From assembly GCF_009914755.1 (NCBI RefSeq), contig NC_060941.1: 64,000 nt of DNA. One strand, given 5' to 3'. Each line of letters opens with the position of its first letter. The first letter of the stretch is position 1. This stretch comes from the human T2T-CHM13v2.0 reference genome, Homo sapiens. Shown here piece after piece: positions 29,676-46,975 of this stretch. A program made the translations under genes and the position numbers. A model generated the notes under the pieces. That model was not told the origin of the DNA. It saw nothing but the letters and a program-made list of their open reading frames with translations, and made no database searches.

Positions 29676-29868
29676 GGCATATTGTGGTCCCTTCCTCCCT
29701 TCCCAGGGACAGAGTCACTTTGGAAAGCTTCCTTGGATCATTTTCAAAGCACTTCTCAATAACTATCTTAGTTCTTGTTACAAAGTTTCAGTTTCACAAA
29801 TGGACTCACACGGATATCACAGGCTGCTCCAACCCTCAACAGTGAATTTGCCGATAAAAAAAAATCAG

Positions 29869-30236
<368 letters not shown>

Positions 30237-32607
30237 TCAGTCTCCCTCCTTGTTACTGCATATGACGGGTGGTATCACACACTATCACAATACTGCAAAG
30301 TCATTGATAACATGTGGCAGGAGTGCCCTGGGTTCTGAAGCCCCATGAAGTCCTCCAGGCGGTCTTCTGGCTGAAGTAGTGCCTCCCTGGCAGATGAGCT
30401 AGAATTCAAGGAAGTCTGATCCTAGGCTGCTTGCATCAAGGGAGAACTCGGGGAAGAGGTGGATCCTGAGCACACCCTTCAATGCCCCCCTTCCCTGAGG
30501 TGACTGGGACATACCCCACACATACCCCACCTGGGTCCCCTGCTGTTGCAAAGCAGTTTCCCTCCCCCTCCCACAAGCCCTCAGTCACGTAGGTGCCAGC
30601 ACCTGGGCCCCTCCCACAGACAGCCCCATGCTGAGCACCTTTCTGATCCTATGTCATTGCTGGCGTTTGCTTTTCCTCCCCTCTCAGGATCCAGATGTTA
30701 TCATTCCCCAGGAGCTCAAACTACTCCATCTCCCTGGTCTCCCATCGTTGAACTCCAATCATGGAAAGAATGCCATACAAGCTAGTGCTCCTCAGTGTAC
30801 CAGCCAGGACTCTGCAAGTGACAGAAAGCCCCGCACACAGGCTCCAGCCCATCCTCAGGTCTCTGCCTCCTGCTCCGGCTCTGGCTTCCTCCGCATGTTG
30901 GATTCGTATGGGTTGGTCCCCAGCTGCCCTGTGAGGCAAGGCAGGCCTTGATGTTCACTTGCCATATCAGGTCCCGCCTGCCTCTGCAGAAAAATTTTAG
31001 GCTCCTCAAGGTCAGGGTCCACTTCTACTCCTCCTATCAGAGTGTAAATAAAAACAGTCTCCTCATCCTGCCCCTGCTCATATAACCTCTGTGACAGGAT
31101 GCTCACTACTTGGAGAAGTAACTCTTTTTGCGGAGCTGGTCTCCGCCCCTTCTGTGACTGCCACCCACTGGGCCAGTTCTGCCTAATAGCAAAGAACACT
31201 GCTCACCAATCTTCTTTCCTTTCCTTCCTTCCCTTTTGCCCATAAGTCACCGATGGATGGACTGGACCCATGGGCAACGTCTGTGGATGACGCTGTGTTT
31301 GTCCTTCCACAGGGCGTGGGGCTCCTCCACCCTGCATCAGGCACAAGCCTGCTTTTGGGAAAAGTCCCACCATCTCATTTTCCCTTGCCTAAAATAGCTA
31401 CTTCCTTTATGGGGAATGCAGTGTGGTGGGGAGCAATGAAAGGGATGAGGTAAGTCATCCACAGATGCCTGGTTTGGAATCATTCCTGAAAAGGTCAGCG
31501 TTTTCATCAGCCAAACAGGAGGCAGGGCACTTCCGGCTGGTCATTAACCAAGGCAAACAGCGTGGCGGGGAAAGTCAAAGCCATAGCCAACCACAAACAA
31601 ACAAGTCATGTATCCTCTGTGGAGGTGACTTTCTTCTGAAGGAATGTGTGGTTGTTTGCAGATAATATCAAATCCATTTCACGTCAGATCAGGATGACAG
31701 ACAGCCAGAGGCTATTGGGGTCTCACATTAAATGGCTCTTTTATGGTAATAAATTGTTTCCTTTTCACGGTTGCATGAGCAATCTCAAGTTTTATTTTGA
31801 GGTGTCAACTGCCCTCAGGGACACCTGCCACAGGTGGGATCTTGGGTCCTGGCCACCATATGTGAGAGAGCAGACCCTGGCTGAGTCACTCAGCTGTGGT
31901 CGCATCACCTCTGTCCCTGCCCCACTGCTCAGCCCCATGCAGGCTGGCAGGGGAGGCCTCCTCTCCCCCATGGGGTCTCCCTTTCTTCCTCTCACACTGA
32001 TCATTGGAAAGAGTGGCTTGCATTTGCCACAGTGCTGAGGGCTGTCAGTCTTCACAGCTGAGGAAATGACATGATTTGTTGGGAGCCACTTGAAATAACC
32101 AGTTCCCCAGCTGGTCTCGCTGTCCCTGTGCTGGCAGCCCTGCTGACGTGGGGCCTGGCTAGACAGAGGTGGGCCTTCTGTGCCCTCACCTGGGCCATCC
32201 CCACCATGCGGTGAGGTTGGGTTGCATCCAGCCAGGAGGCAGCTGGCAGGGCCCTGTGGCTTGTCTGAGGACCCAAGGGGGAACTTATCAGAGGGCAAGA
32301 GAGAAAGAGGGCTGAGGGGTGGTATGTAAGAGGGAGGGGGCTAGGAGAGTGTAGATGCTTCCTGAAAGGTCACGGATTCTATTGGAATTCCCAGCCAAAC
32401 TTCAGGACTGGGAAACACCCTTCTTAGGAGGTGGCTAGGGGCTCAGGCTGGCTTGGCTCATTCCTGGCCTGCAGGCCTTGCTCCTGAGCACAGGGCAGGG
32501 GCTGCCGGCCCCGGTTCAGAATGGGATCTGAAAGCTGCCTGGAAAGAATGGGCCTCTGGATCAGGATCACCAGGGTGGGACCTGGATATTTCCCATAGTC
32601 ACCAGAC

Positions 32608-32750
32608 GTGTTGCTCAGAGGGAGGTTCCTGGCCAGCAGCTTTGTTGGCATCACCTGGGAGCTTGTTGGAAATGCAGAACCTTGAGCTCTGCCCAGACTT
32701 ACTCCCTCAGAATCTGCATGGTAAATGATCTCTGCTGACCCGGGCACTGG
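32608..32750. mobile_element. MER5A-like DNA transposon fragment
   Basis: ggcatcacctgggagcttgttggaaatgcaga...tcagaatctgcat. Confidence 0.7.
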
Positions 32751-32866
32751 GGTTCAAGGACCTCGGCCCTGCCAAATCTGAAATCCAGAGCTAGGCCAAA
32801 GTACACTTGTGGAATCAGGATGCTGAATCTAAGTTAAATGCAGAAGCATCCTTTGAGCAAAGGTGG

Positions 32867-33290
32867 TGGAGTGGGCTGAATTATGACCCTCTCAAAAGAT
32901 GTCCATGTCTCAGAAATGCAGAATGTGACCTTATTTGGAAACAGAGTCTTTGCAGATACAATTAAGATCTTGAGGTGAAATCACCCTGAATCATCCAAGT
33001 GGGTCCTAAATCCAATGACAAGTGTCCTTGTAAGAGAAGAGGAGAAGACACAGAGACACAGGCAAGAAGACCACGCAAAGACAGAGACAGAGATTGGAGT
33101 GATGTGGCCACAAGCCAAGAAACACCTGGAGCCACCAGAAGCTGGAGGAGGTAGGAAAGATCCTCCCCCCAAGCTTTTAGAGCGCAAACCCCTGCAGAAA
33201 CCTTGGTTTTGGACTTCTGGCTTCCAGAACAGTGAGACATTACATTTGTGTTGTTGTAATGATTACAGCAACCACAGGAAACTAAAGCAG
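32867..33290 (+). mobile_element. MLT1C-like MaLR LTR
   Basis: gaatgtgaccttatttggaaa..gtctttgcagat...cctaaatccaatgacaagtgtcctt...ccaccagaagctgga. Confidence 0.82.
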
Positions 33291-34420
33291 GTAGCCTTTT
33301 CAGACTCTGCAGAGGAAAAAAAAGCATGGCCAAAGTTACCCAAGAAAGAGTTGATGACCCCACCAGTCCCCAGTCACAGCAGTCTTAGCTTTGTTCCCAG
33401 AATTAGCTGACCTCCTCCACCCCATTTCCTTATTCCTTTTTAATGCTCCACAAAACCCAAGGACAGTCGAGACCTGGTCCTGCGTGGCTGCCTGATCACC
33501 AGACCGTTAAAAGCTGCCGGCTCCTTCATGCTCCCAAACATGACTATTTTATTTACTCTTAACTTCATCTTGTTTGGAAATTATTTAAAGCAGTTTCAAT
33601 GGAGTCAAACTGAGTCATATTTTAACTGCTTAAGTACCACTTAAAAACAGACTTTATGAGTTCACTCGGATTAAGAAACAAAAAAGGAAATAAAAGAAAA
33701 ATGAAATAAAATAAAAAAGAATAAAAACAGATGTCAACAAGTCCTTTGGCAAATGATCCCACAATGGCTTCATTTTCTGAGCTTAGATGGCGCTAGATGA
33801 GGTTAATTTCAAACGAGGTATACTAGTACTAGATTCGAATGGACAGAAACTCTGAAGGTTCTGGGATCGTTTTCCTTTTAGAAAGTTTTCAGGATTCAAA
33901 GATAAAGATTCAGGGCAGTGGTTCTCAACTTTGACTCACACTAGAATCATTTGGGGAGCTTAAAAAGAACAGCCACATTCCAGACTCTCCCCAGATCAGG
34001 TAAGTCAGAATCTTGGCGGGTAAAGCCCACCCTGGGGCTCCATGGAACCCCTGAGCCAGACCCTGCACCCAGCTTCGCACTGACCTCCACATGCTGCAGG
34101 GTGTAGTGTGGTCATGTGCCCAGGGCTGGCCAATCAGATGTGCTCACCCTGAGCTCAGCTGTGAAGGGGCAGGTACCATCCGGGATCCATTCTGCCAGGC
34201 ATGATCACAGGCAGTGCCAGTGTGGACAGTGGTGGGATAAGCTGTGGGCTGGCACCCCATCGTACAGATGAGGACACAGCTCAGAGGGATCCAGAGACTT
34301 GTCCAAAGTCCCATAACTAAGGACTGGCAGAGCTGGGATTTGAACCAGCCCCTCTGGCTGCAACGCCTGCCACCTTTTCCTCCCTTGAAACAGCTCCATG
34401 CCTTAATTAGGGGCAGTGTT

Positions 34421-34723
34421 GGCCAGGCGCGGTGGCTCATGCCTGTAATCCCAGCACTTTGAGAGGCCGAAGCGGGCGGATCACCTGAGGTCAGGAGTTC
34501 GAGACCAGCCTGGCCAACATGGTGAAACCCTGTCTCTACCAAAAATACAAAAATTAGCTGGGTGTGATGGCAGGAGCCTGTAATCCCAGCTACTCAGGAA
34601 GCTGAGGCAGGAGAATTGCTTGAACCTGGGAGGTGGAAGGTGCGGTGAGCAGAGATGGTGCCACTGCACTCTAGCCTCGGTCACAAGAGCAAAACTCCAT
34701 CTCAAAAAAAAAAAAAAAAAAAA
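34421..34723 (+). mobile_element. AluSq/Sx
   Basis: TSD AATTAGGGGCAGTGTT. Confidence 0.93.
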
Positions 34724-34811
34724 TTAGGGGCAGTGTTCTGGACTCTGGCTTTCAGGCCTAGCTCTCTGATTCTCCCAGCACATCCATGAGCAACCAAACA
34801 TGCCTTCTGCT

Positions 34812-35260
34812 TTTTTTCAAAGTTAATTTTGTTATTGAAGTATCAGATACATACAGAAAAGATCACAGATCCTAAGTGTGCAGTTCAATGAAGTTTGACA
34901 AAGCAAACACACTCATGTAATCAGAACCCAGACCAAGAAATAGAACAGGGCCAGCACCTTAGAGACTCTCCCAGGGTCTCTCCTCCCAAACATAACCACC
35001 ACCAGATTTCTAGATTGGTTCTGCTTGTTTTTGAGCTTTATAGAAACAGCATGATATAGTGCACACCCTTTTCGTGTCTGGCTTCTTTGAGTTAGCGTGG
35101 GTGAGAGTCATCCATGCTGCTGTACGTAGCTGAGGTTTCTCCATCCTCCGTGCTGTCTGGTGTGAAGGGCCGTAACCAGCTTACCTGTTCTATTGTGAAT
35201 GGACATTTGATGTTTGAATGGTGCTGCTAGGAATATTCTATTCTTATGCCTGTCTTTTGG
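34812..35260 (-). mobile_element. L1ME/MD 3' end
   Basis: ttattgaagtat..catacagaaaag..cacagatcctaagtgtgcagttcaatgaa. Confidence 0.7.
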
Positions 35261-36404
35261 CACCAGTGTGTACCCAATACCCTCTTAAGAAATGCTTCTG
35301 CTAAAGTGAGCAGAGTTGGTCTATGTTGTTTACAGCTAAGCACCTTGGTTGATGCCATTTATAAGCACTACTATTGTCCCCACTTTACAGAGGAGGAAAC
35401 TGAGGTTCAGAGAGAGGTTCAGCCACAGGCCAGGCACAGCTGCGGCCTTAGTTACAAGGCCATGTCACTAAAGAGTAGCAGAGCTGGGATTTGATCAGAG
35501 CTGTCCTCTTAACCACTAGTTAAGGGACACAAGTGCATCTCCGCCCCTTAGACCTGCCTGATGCCGCACAGCGGTTTAACAGATAATACCCACCCCCTTG
35601 ATGGAAATGGCTGGGGCGGGGGACTGAGAGCTGCACTGATGGTGCTGTCCTGGGCAGGGCTTGGGATGTCGCCAGCATGCAGGAGCCCTGAGAGGAGGAT
35701 CAGTCCCTTCCAAGAGGGATATGAGGGAGGGGGAAGCCTCCTGGGCTGCCACTGCTCCTGGCAGCAGACCTTCCAGAGGGAGGCTCCTCCCTGAGGGCAG
35801 GGGAGCTTCCTTTCGGAGGAGAGGGCAGGCTCCTTCGCTGGGCAGAGCGGTGGTCTGGGCATTGCTGAAGCGGCCAGTGGAGACAGGGATCCCAGCCTTG
35901 AGATTCACCCTCTGCCTCCCATGGGAATCCTAAGTAAGAAAATGATGCTTCTGACTGACTGTCTGGCAGCCCCTGGTGAAGAGCTGTCCCTACCCACTCA
36001 CCTCTGCAAATAGCAGAATGGCATATGGTGGCAGAAGGAAGGGTCCAGAAGGTAGTTCTTCTGCGGAATGACCCATGCGATGGGCTGCTCTGTGACGCAT
36101 TGGAGTGGGGATCATTTCCTTGCAGTGGAGGAGTGGGTCAGAGGCCGGGCTTGTCACATGGAAGTCCCTCCTGGGGATGGGCCACTGACAGATCCCTCTG
36201 TAAACAGCATTTGCATCAGATTCACTGCTCCAGAAAGTGGGGATCAGGGTCCCTGAAGCCAAGGAGCAGGCATAGAAGAGGCCAGAGGTGACTGGCAGCA
36301 TATTTGACAGGATGCATAAATCTTGTTAAATGGGAGAGAAGCCAAACACGCTGGCTTTGTATGGGCAATTTAGACCTTCCTAGGTCATTCCCTGCAGGGA
36401 CTGC

Positions 36405-36582
36405 AGGCCTCAGTGTAGTCTCTGATCTGCAGCAGCTGCAACAGCATCTAGGAACTTGTTAGACTTACTGGTTTTCAGGTTGCTACTTAATCGGAAGTTC
36501 TTCAGGTGGGGCCCAGCATTCTGTGTTTTAACATGCCAAGGGGATTCTGACGCATGCTGAAGTTTGAAAGCCACCAGCATAG
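36405..36582. mobile_element. MER5A-like DNA transposon
   Basis: gggcccagcattctgtgttttaaca...gggattctgacgcatgctgaagtttgaaagccac. Confidence 0.75.
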
Positions 36583-36755
36583 TGCAATATGAAGTAGGCA
36601 TTATCATCAATCCCATCTCACAGCTGAGGGAACAGAAGGTCTGAGCCAGTTTTACCCCAAGTTACACAATTAATAGGAAAGACAACAAAATTAGGTGCAG
36701 CTGTGAATAACAAAAATCGAACTCCAGAGCACCATGAACTAAACAAAATTGTTTA

Positions 36756-37212
<457 letters not shown>

Positions 37213-37896
37213 CAAGTAAAGGGAGGAAGGTCCCACCCTGTCCCTGTAGGGGACACTTCCTAAAATTGTATATACGGCTTCAGCTTACATCTCATTGGCT
37301 GCAATTTAGTCAATTGCTTCACCTAGCAGAAAGAGAGGCTGGGAGAATAAAGTCTGGGTCCTAAGTGACTATGCATGCAGGTAAAACTTGGGGTTCTGCT
37401 GCTATAGAAGAGCCTCGATAATGGGGAACAACTAGGCAGTCTCTGCCGCAAGAGTGTATCTGAGAATCAACCCAGGGCTTCTAATTTCACCATCTGAAGT
37501 TATGTTTTTGTTTAAATGTTGTCTTTATCTTCCCCTTTTAGAAGTCCCACCAAAAGCAAGCCTTCTTGGAAGTCTTCTCCGTTGCTGCTGTCTCCCCAAT
37601 GCCTAGAACGATGCCTGGCTTGTAGTGGTGATCTTTGCTTGCTATTGAATATACTACTTTAAAAATTAAATTAAATACCTCATGTGAGAGAAGCTTTTTC
37701 AGGGTCTGGCACATGGAAGGTACTCAGAATGTGGTTGCTGCTATGTATTTAAAGCAGTGCTTCCCAACAAAGCCCCGCTGGCCCCTGGCAAGGTTTACCT
37801 CTTAGACTCTCAATCCCACCACCACCGCCTGCCTGCATGTACAGACTTGCACACAAATCTTGGCCCTTTCATTGGACTTTAAGAATAATCAGTGCT

Positions 37897-38207
<311 letters not shown>

Positions 38208-39139
38208 TCAGTGCTGTTTGATTGGGTCTGGAGAATGCAAGCCACAGCCCAAGTAAGCAACTAGATTGGGAGAGAAAATTCATCTCGCCATTTCTTGTAC
38301 AAGCCTGGAAGTAGGCCTTAAGAACAAAGCTGGGCTCAGGCTGCCGTGATGGGGTGTCTGTCTATTCTGGTGTTTGTCATTTGAGCTTTTCCTTCGTAGG
38401 TGCAGCCTTCTTGGGTTCCAGGGACTTGGTGCCCTTACTTACAGCCCATTGGGTGCCTGCCCCTTGTCGCCAGTGTTCAGGTTTGTGGTCACCCCTATGT
38501 TGCCTAACTGGGTCAGGCTGGATGGAGCCGGGAGGGCTGTTTGCGTTGGCTGCTTTTCCCTGTCAACTGTCACACACGAATGCAGCCTCCAAAATTCAAT
38601 TTAACATAAATCTTGTCATTTGGACCAAGGCAAGTGGGCCTTATTCAAATCCGAACAGTCTATTATTGAGCTCGGAAACAGACAATAGCTGATGCTGTGA
38701 TGTTCAGTTGCAACTGCCCTAATTACAGACAAACACTAATTTCATAGGATTTTTTAGAGTGAAGCAAATCTTTTGAAAGAAGTGTCCTCATTTAAAAACT
38801 ACAGATCGAGAGGGCTATGAGGGTTCATTTTATTTATTGATAATGTGGACTGCGTCAATTCCTGAATCTCATTTGTTCAAACTCCCAGGGCTGTTGTGAG
38901 GAGCAAAATGAAAATGAGGTAATGTTTGTGGAGGTCCCTAATGAAGAGCAAAGCAATCCAACAGCTATAGTAGTATTGTGCGTTCAACGCCCTGCACCTT
39001 GCAGCTGCGTCCCATTAACAATGACCTCTGAGCTGTGAGCTCCAGGGCCTCTCCCCTCACTCCGCGGGCCACTCTCCATGGGTCCCTCACCTCCAGCTTC
39101 CTCTTTCCTTGAATGTGGCTTCTCAACATTTGGGCCATG

Positions 39140-39390
39140 ACTCAAATGTCACCTCGTTGAGGAAAAGGTGTCCAATCAGTACTTACTGTGGTGCTCCGCC
39201 CTGTGTCTTTCCGAGTTCTTAGTCCCATGAGATAATCTGATGCATTGGTTGGCTTGTTTTTAATCTCTCTTCTCCATGGGAGCACCAGCTCCATAAGGGC
39301 AGAGACCTTGTCTGTCTTGTTCACACCTGCATCTCCTGTGTCCAGAACAGTGTCTTGCACCTAGTAGAGATGGATGTATATTGATTGGGA
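39140..39390 (+). mobile_element. L2 3' end
   Basis: ctcaaatgtcacc...agctccataagggcagagaccttgtctgtcttgttcac...agaacagtgtcttgcac. Confidence 0.75.
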
Positions 39391-39464
39391 GTTTGGCTTG
39401 GGGAGGAAAGGAGAAAGTGAACTGTTAAGAAATTAGGGCATTTAGCATTATCTAAGAAACTGAA

Positions 39465-40212
39465 GCAGTACCTGGGGTCCCTGAGTACCTCGAACAGGTG
39501 TGTGGTGTGGTACCTGGAGTCCCCAGGGCCCCTAAGTACCTGGAGCAAGGGTGTGGAGTGGTACCCAGAGTCCCTGGAATCTCTAAGTACCTGGAGCAAG
39601 TACATGGAGAGGTACCTGGAGTCCCAGAATCCCTAAGTACCTGGAGTAGGTGGGTGGAGCAGTACCCAGACTCCCTGGAATCCCTAAGTACCTGGAGCAG
39701 ATGTGTGGAGTGGTATCTGGAGCAGGTGTGTGGCATGGTACCTGGAGTCCCTGGAATCACTAAGTACCTGGAGCAGGTGTGTGGCATGGTACCTGGAGTT
39801 CCCTGGAATCTCTAAGTACCTTAAGCAGGTGTGTGGCATGTTACCTGGAGTCCCTGGAATCCCTAAGTACCTGGAGCAGGTGTGTGGAGTGGTATCTGGA
39901 GCAGGTGTGTGGCATGGTACCTGGAGTCCCTGGAATCACTAAGTACCTGGAGCAGGTGTGTGGCATGGTACCTGGAGTTCCCTGGAATCTCTAAGTACCT
40001 GAGCAGGTGTGTGGCATGTTACCTGGAGTCCCTGGAATCCCTAAGTACCTGGAGCAGGTGTGTGGCGTGGTACCTGAAGCAGGTGTGTGGAGTGGTACCT
40101 GGAGCAGGTGTGTGGCATGGTACCTGGAGTTCCTGGAATCTCTAAGTACCTGGAGCAGGTGTGTAGAGTGGTACCTGGAGTCCCAGGATCCCTAAGTACC
40201 TGGAGCAGGTGT
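39465..40212. repeat. Minisatellite/VNTR of ~25-26-bp subunits forming ~51-bp units and a ~179-bp higher-order repeat
   Basis: Units GGTACCTGGAGTCCCTGGAATCCCTAA and GTACCTGGAGCAGGTGTGTGGCAT; variant TGGTATCTGG recurs at 39711 and 39890. Confidence 0.95.
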
Positions 40213-40713
40213 TATGTGAGAGATTTTGATACCCAAGAAGCTTACAGATTAATATAGTAATTTGCAGTATTCAAATAAGTGCCACTAATGTGTGAGGTGG
40301 CAAGTGGTAGGAGCAGATGGTTATAAATACAGTAGGGGCTGCAGGGGACACACAGTTGTGGACACTGGAGCTATTCTTCTTGGAGAAGGGCATGGAGTTG
40401 CACCTCAGTCAGCAGTCTCCTCTGTCACCTCTGGCATTTTGCACCTGGCCTTCCATGGCTGCTGCCTGTCGCTGTTGGCTCTGGGCCCTTCCTTTGAGCA
40501 GCTGTTCCACAGTGGAGGCCCTGGTGCTGCCTCCACTCAGTCACACACTGTGTGTGGCCACAGCTGGCCAGGGTCCAGGCTGGACACAGCACCAACCAAG
40601 TGCTCTGTGAGGTCCGTCCTGCAAGACCAGAGCCGTCAGTGGGCAGGAGGAGGCCATGCAGAGGTGGCACTGGTACTGCGCTTTCATTTCAGTTTAGGAT
40701 CCTCTTTGACATC

Positions 40714-41003
<290 letters not shown>

Positions 41004-41537
41004 CTACTCTTGACATTTTTTGAAAGAATGTTCTCTATCTCATTCTCACCCATATATCCCTTATGAGAGAAGCCAGGAAACCAGTTCTGAGGATGTCAGT
41101 CTGGCTAGTAAAACCCTGAGGATTCCATTTTCAAGGGTACCTTGACTGTTGTGTTCAAAGAAAGCTTTGAACAACAAATGTAAAAACCCTGCCAAGCCAA
41201 GTCCACCGAGTAGCTCATTAAAATGTATTTAGGTTGAGGCTTATTTTTTTAAGCTTACTTTATCAGAAAAAAAGAAATTGGATTTAGATACTAAGGAAGG
41301 CTTCTTGCACAGAGAGGGACGTCCGTTGTCTTAGTTCTATGATCTCGATGCTTAGACAGGCCGCTCACCCCAGCAGGGCAGAGTTGTTCTTATGTCCCAG
41401 GGGGGTCGCTGCAGAAGCTCTAGCAACTCTCTCCCTCCTTTCATCACCTCGGGCCTTCCTCGCCAGCACCTCCATTCCTGAGGCTCACGTGGGAGAGACA
41501 GTGTGGAGAGAAACAGAGACGAGAACAGGACTTCTTA

Positions 41538-42434
<897 letters not shown>

Positions 42435-42598
42435 CATCTATGTTTCCTGATGCTTGTTTTATTCATACAAGATTGGATTTGAGACCCGTCAGACTGCTTT
42501 GTCTTTTATCTCAGAGATAGTCAGGGTTGACTTAGATAGTGAGGGTTGACTTCCCTATTCCATAAGGTTTTCATTCTGAAGAATAAAACTTCCCCAGG

Positions 42599-43138
<540 letters not shown>

Positions 43139-43631
43139 TCAACTCTCCCAGTGCCTTTTGGCCACTGCAGCTACCTTGGAATGGCATTTTATACATACCT
43201 TGTCACCTACTTCTGCTTTTTCCTACCCAGTAGAAGGTAAAAGATTTCTTTCAATTGGTCCTCCTGTTGCAATGACTGTTATTTCTCTTTTTTGGTTAAC
43301 TTTAAATCAAAACTCAAAATATGTTCATCCAGAGTGTAAACTTACATGTCCTGAGTAACAGGGATAGGAGACATGCTACCCACAAGAGTTCTGGGCCTTC
43401 CTTTTCATTCTTATTACCACCATCCTTATTATATCATAGCTTGAATATTACAAGAGAGATAGTGTGGGACAGTATCAGTTTTTAAAATGTCTTCATTAAT
43501 TAGACCCAGTTATTCCACTTTTGTTAATGTCTCTCAAATTGTACAAGGTATGAAAAATTATATGCACAAAGATGTTGCGAGTGACGTTACTTTTAGTAGC
43601 CCAAATTATAAACCACTTAAAAGTTTGGGGT

Positions 43632-44136
<505 letters not shown>

Positions 44137-44200
44137 GTCTAGGAAATAGTCGATAAACAGGTATATACAAACGATACATAATGTACTTATTAAAAATTAG

Positions 44201-44538
<338 letters not shown>

Positions 44539-45169
44539 TTAAGTAAAATTTGCAAGATGCAAAAGTGTATGAGTGGGTGTAATCATGGCTGAAATAACAC
44601 ATCAAGCATTTGATAACAAGATGACAAAGTAAATCAAATTACTAACTGTGGTTACAGTGGGATGGGAGGCAGTAAATGGATGACTTTGTCTTTTCTCAAT
44701 GTTTATTTTTATTTGTATTACTTTTATAATAAAAATGTTTTAAAATTTAAAAAAAGAATGAAGTGAGGGTGTCTAAGGTGTAGGAGCACTCTGTCCCAAG
44801 AAGGGGAGCTTTGCCGGCCTGCCATTTTGCCCAGACTTTCTTCCCTCCCCTTCATCACCCTCTGGAGGCCTGGGATGCTCCAGCAACCGAACCTATCCCC
44901 TCTCCATGAGGCTGTCTCTCAGTAGGAGGAGAGGCGGTGTCAGGAGTCACAGCCCGGCTTTGGTGGCCTTTTATCCCTGGCAGTACCACCATTTACATAG
45001 CTGTGTGCATGGTCCAATCATGCTGTGCCTCTCTTCCCTCTTCCATAAATTATGGAGTTATCAATGAGGCTGGAAATGAGCAATGAGGACTGAACAGTGA
45101 ATTCATGTCTGGCTTTGGGAATATGCCAGGCAGAAGGCATCACTCAGTATTGTTGGCTGTTGTGTGACT

Positions 45170-46975
45170 GTCATCATTGCTGCCACCACCATCACCATCA
45201 TGAGCATCGCCATCACCACCATCATCACCATCACCACCATCACCATCATGACCATCGCCATCACCACCATCATCACCATTACCACCATCACCATCACCAT
45301 CATTACCATCACCACCATCACCATCATCACCATCACCACCATCACCATCACCACCATCACCATCATCACCATCACCATCACTGCCATCACCATCACCACC
45401 ATCACCATCACCATCACTGCCATCACCATCACCATCATCACCATCACCATCACCATCATCACCATCACCATCATCACCATCACCATCATCACCATCACCA
45501 TCACTGCCATCACCATCACCACCATCACCATCACCACCATCACCATCATCACCATCACCACCAGCACCATCACCACCATCACCATCACTACCCATCACCA
45601 TCACCATCACCATCATCACCATCACCACCATCACCATCACCACCATCACCATCACCACCATCACCATCACCATCACCATCATCACCATCACCATCATCAC
45701 CATCATCACCATCACCATCACCACCATCATCACCATCACCATCACCACCATCACCATCACCATCATCACCATCACCACCATCACCATCACCGCCATCACC
45801 ACCATCACCATCACCACCATTACCATCACCATCACCATCATCACCATTACCACCATCACCATCACCGCCATCACCATCATCACCATCACCACCATCACCA
45901 TCACCACCATCACCATCACCACCATCGTCACCATCACCACCATCATCACCATCACCACATCACAATCATCACCATTACCATCACCACCATCACCACCATC
46001 ACCATCATCACCATCACCATCACTACCATCACCACCATGACCATCACCACCATCATCACCATCACCACCATCACCACCATCACCATCACCACCATCACCA
46101 TCATCACCATCACCACCACTACCATCACCACCATCACCATCACCACCATCACCATCATCACCATCACCATCACCATCATCACCACCATCATCATCATCAC
46201 CATCACCACCATCACCATCACTGCCATCGCCATCACCATCACCATCATCACTATCACCATCACCATCACATCACCACCATCACCATCATCACTATCACCA
46301 TCGCCACATCACCGCCATCACCATCATCACCATCACCACCATCACCATCACCGCCATCACCACCATCACCATCACCACCATTACCATCACCATCACCATC
46401 ATCACCATTACCACCATCACCATCACCGCCATCACCATCATCACCATCACCACCATCACCATCACCACCATCACCATCACCACCATCGTCACCATCACCA
46501 CCATCATCACCATCACCACATCACAATCATCACCATTACCATCACCACCATCACCACCATCACCATCATCACCATCACCATCACTACCATCACCACCATG
46601 ACCATCACCACCATCATCACCATCACCACCATCACCACCATCACCATCACCACCATCACCACCATCACCATCATCACCATCACCACCACTACCATCACCA
46701 CCATCACCATCACCACCATCACCATCATCACCATCACCATCACCATCATCACCACCATCATCATCATCACCATCACCACCATCACCATCACTGCCATCGC
46801 CATCACCATCACCATCATCACTATCACCATCACCATCACATCACCACCATCACCATCATCACTATCACCATCGCCACATCACCGCCATCACCATCATCAC
46901 CATCACTATCACCATCATCACTATCACCATCACCATCACCATCATCACCATCATCACCATGATCATCATCACCAT
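45170..46975. repeat. ~1.8-kb complex (CAC/CAT)n, (ACCATC)n-type tandem repeat with an internal ~561-570-bp tandem duplication
   Basis: Read directly; rare interruptions recur at a fixed offset (CACATCACAATCATC at 45956 and 46517; CATCGCCACATC at 46299 and 46869). Confidence 0.97.

Noticed and set aside
39465-40212. CRISPR-like array
   Set aside because: The intervening segments are themselves repeated rather than unique spacers; the genome is eukaryotic and there are no cas genes.
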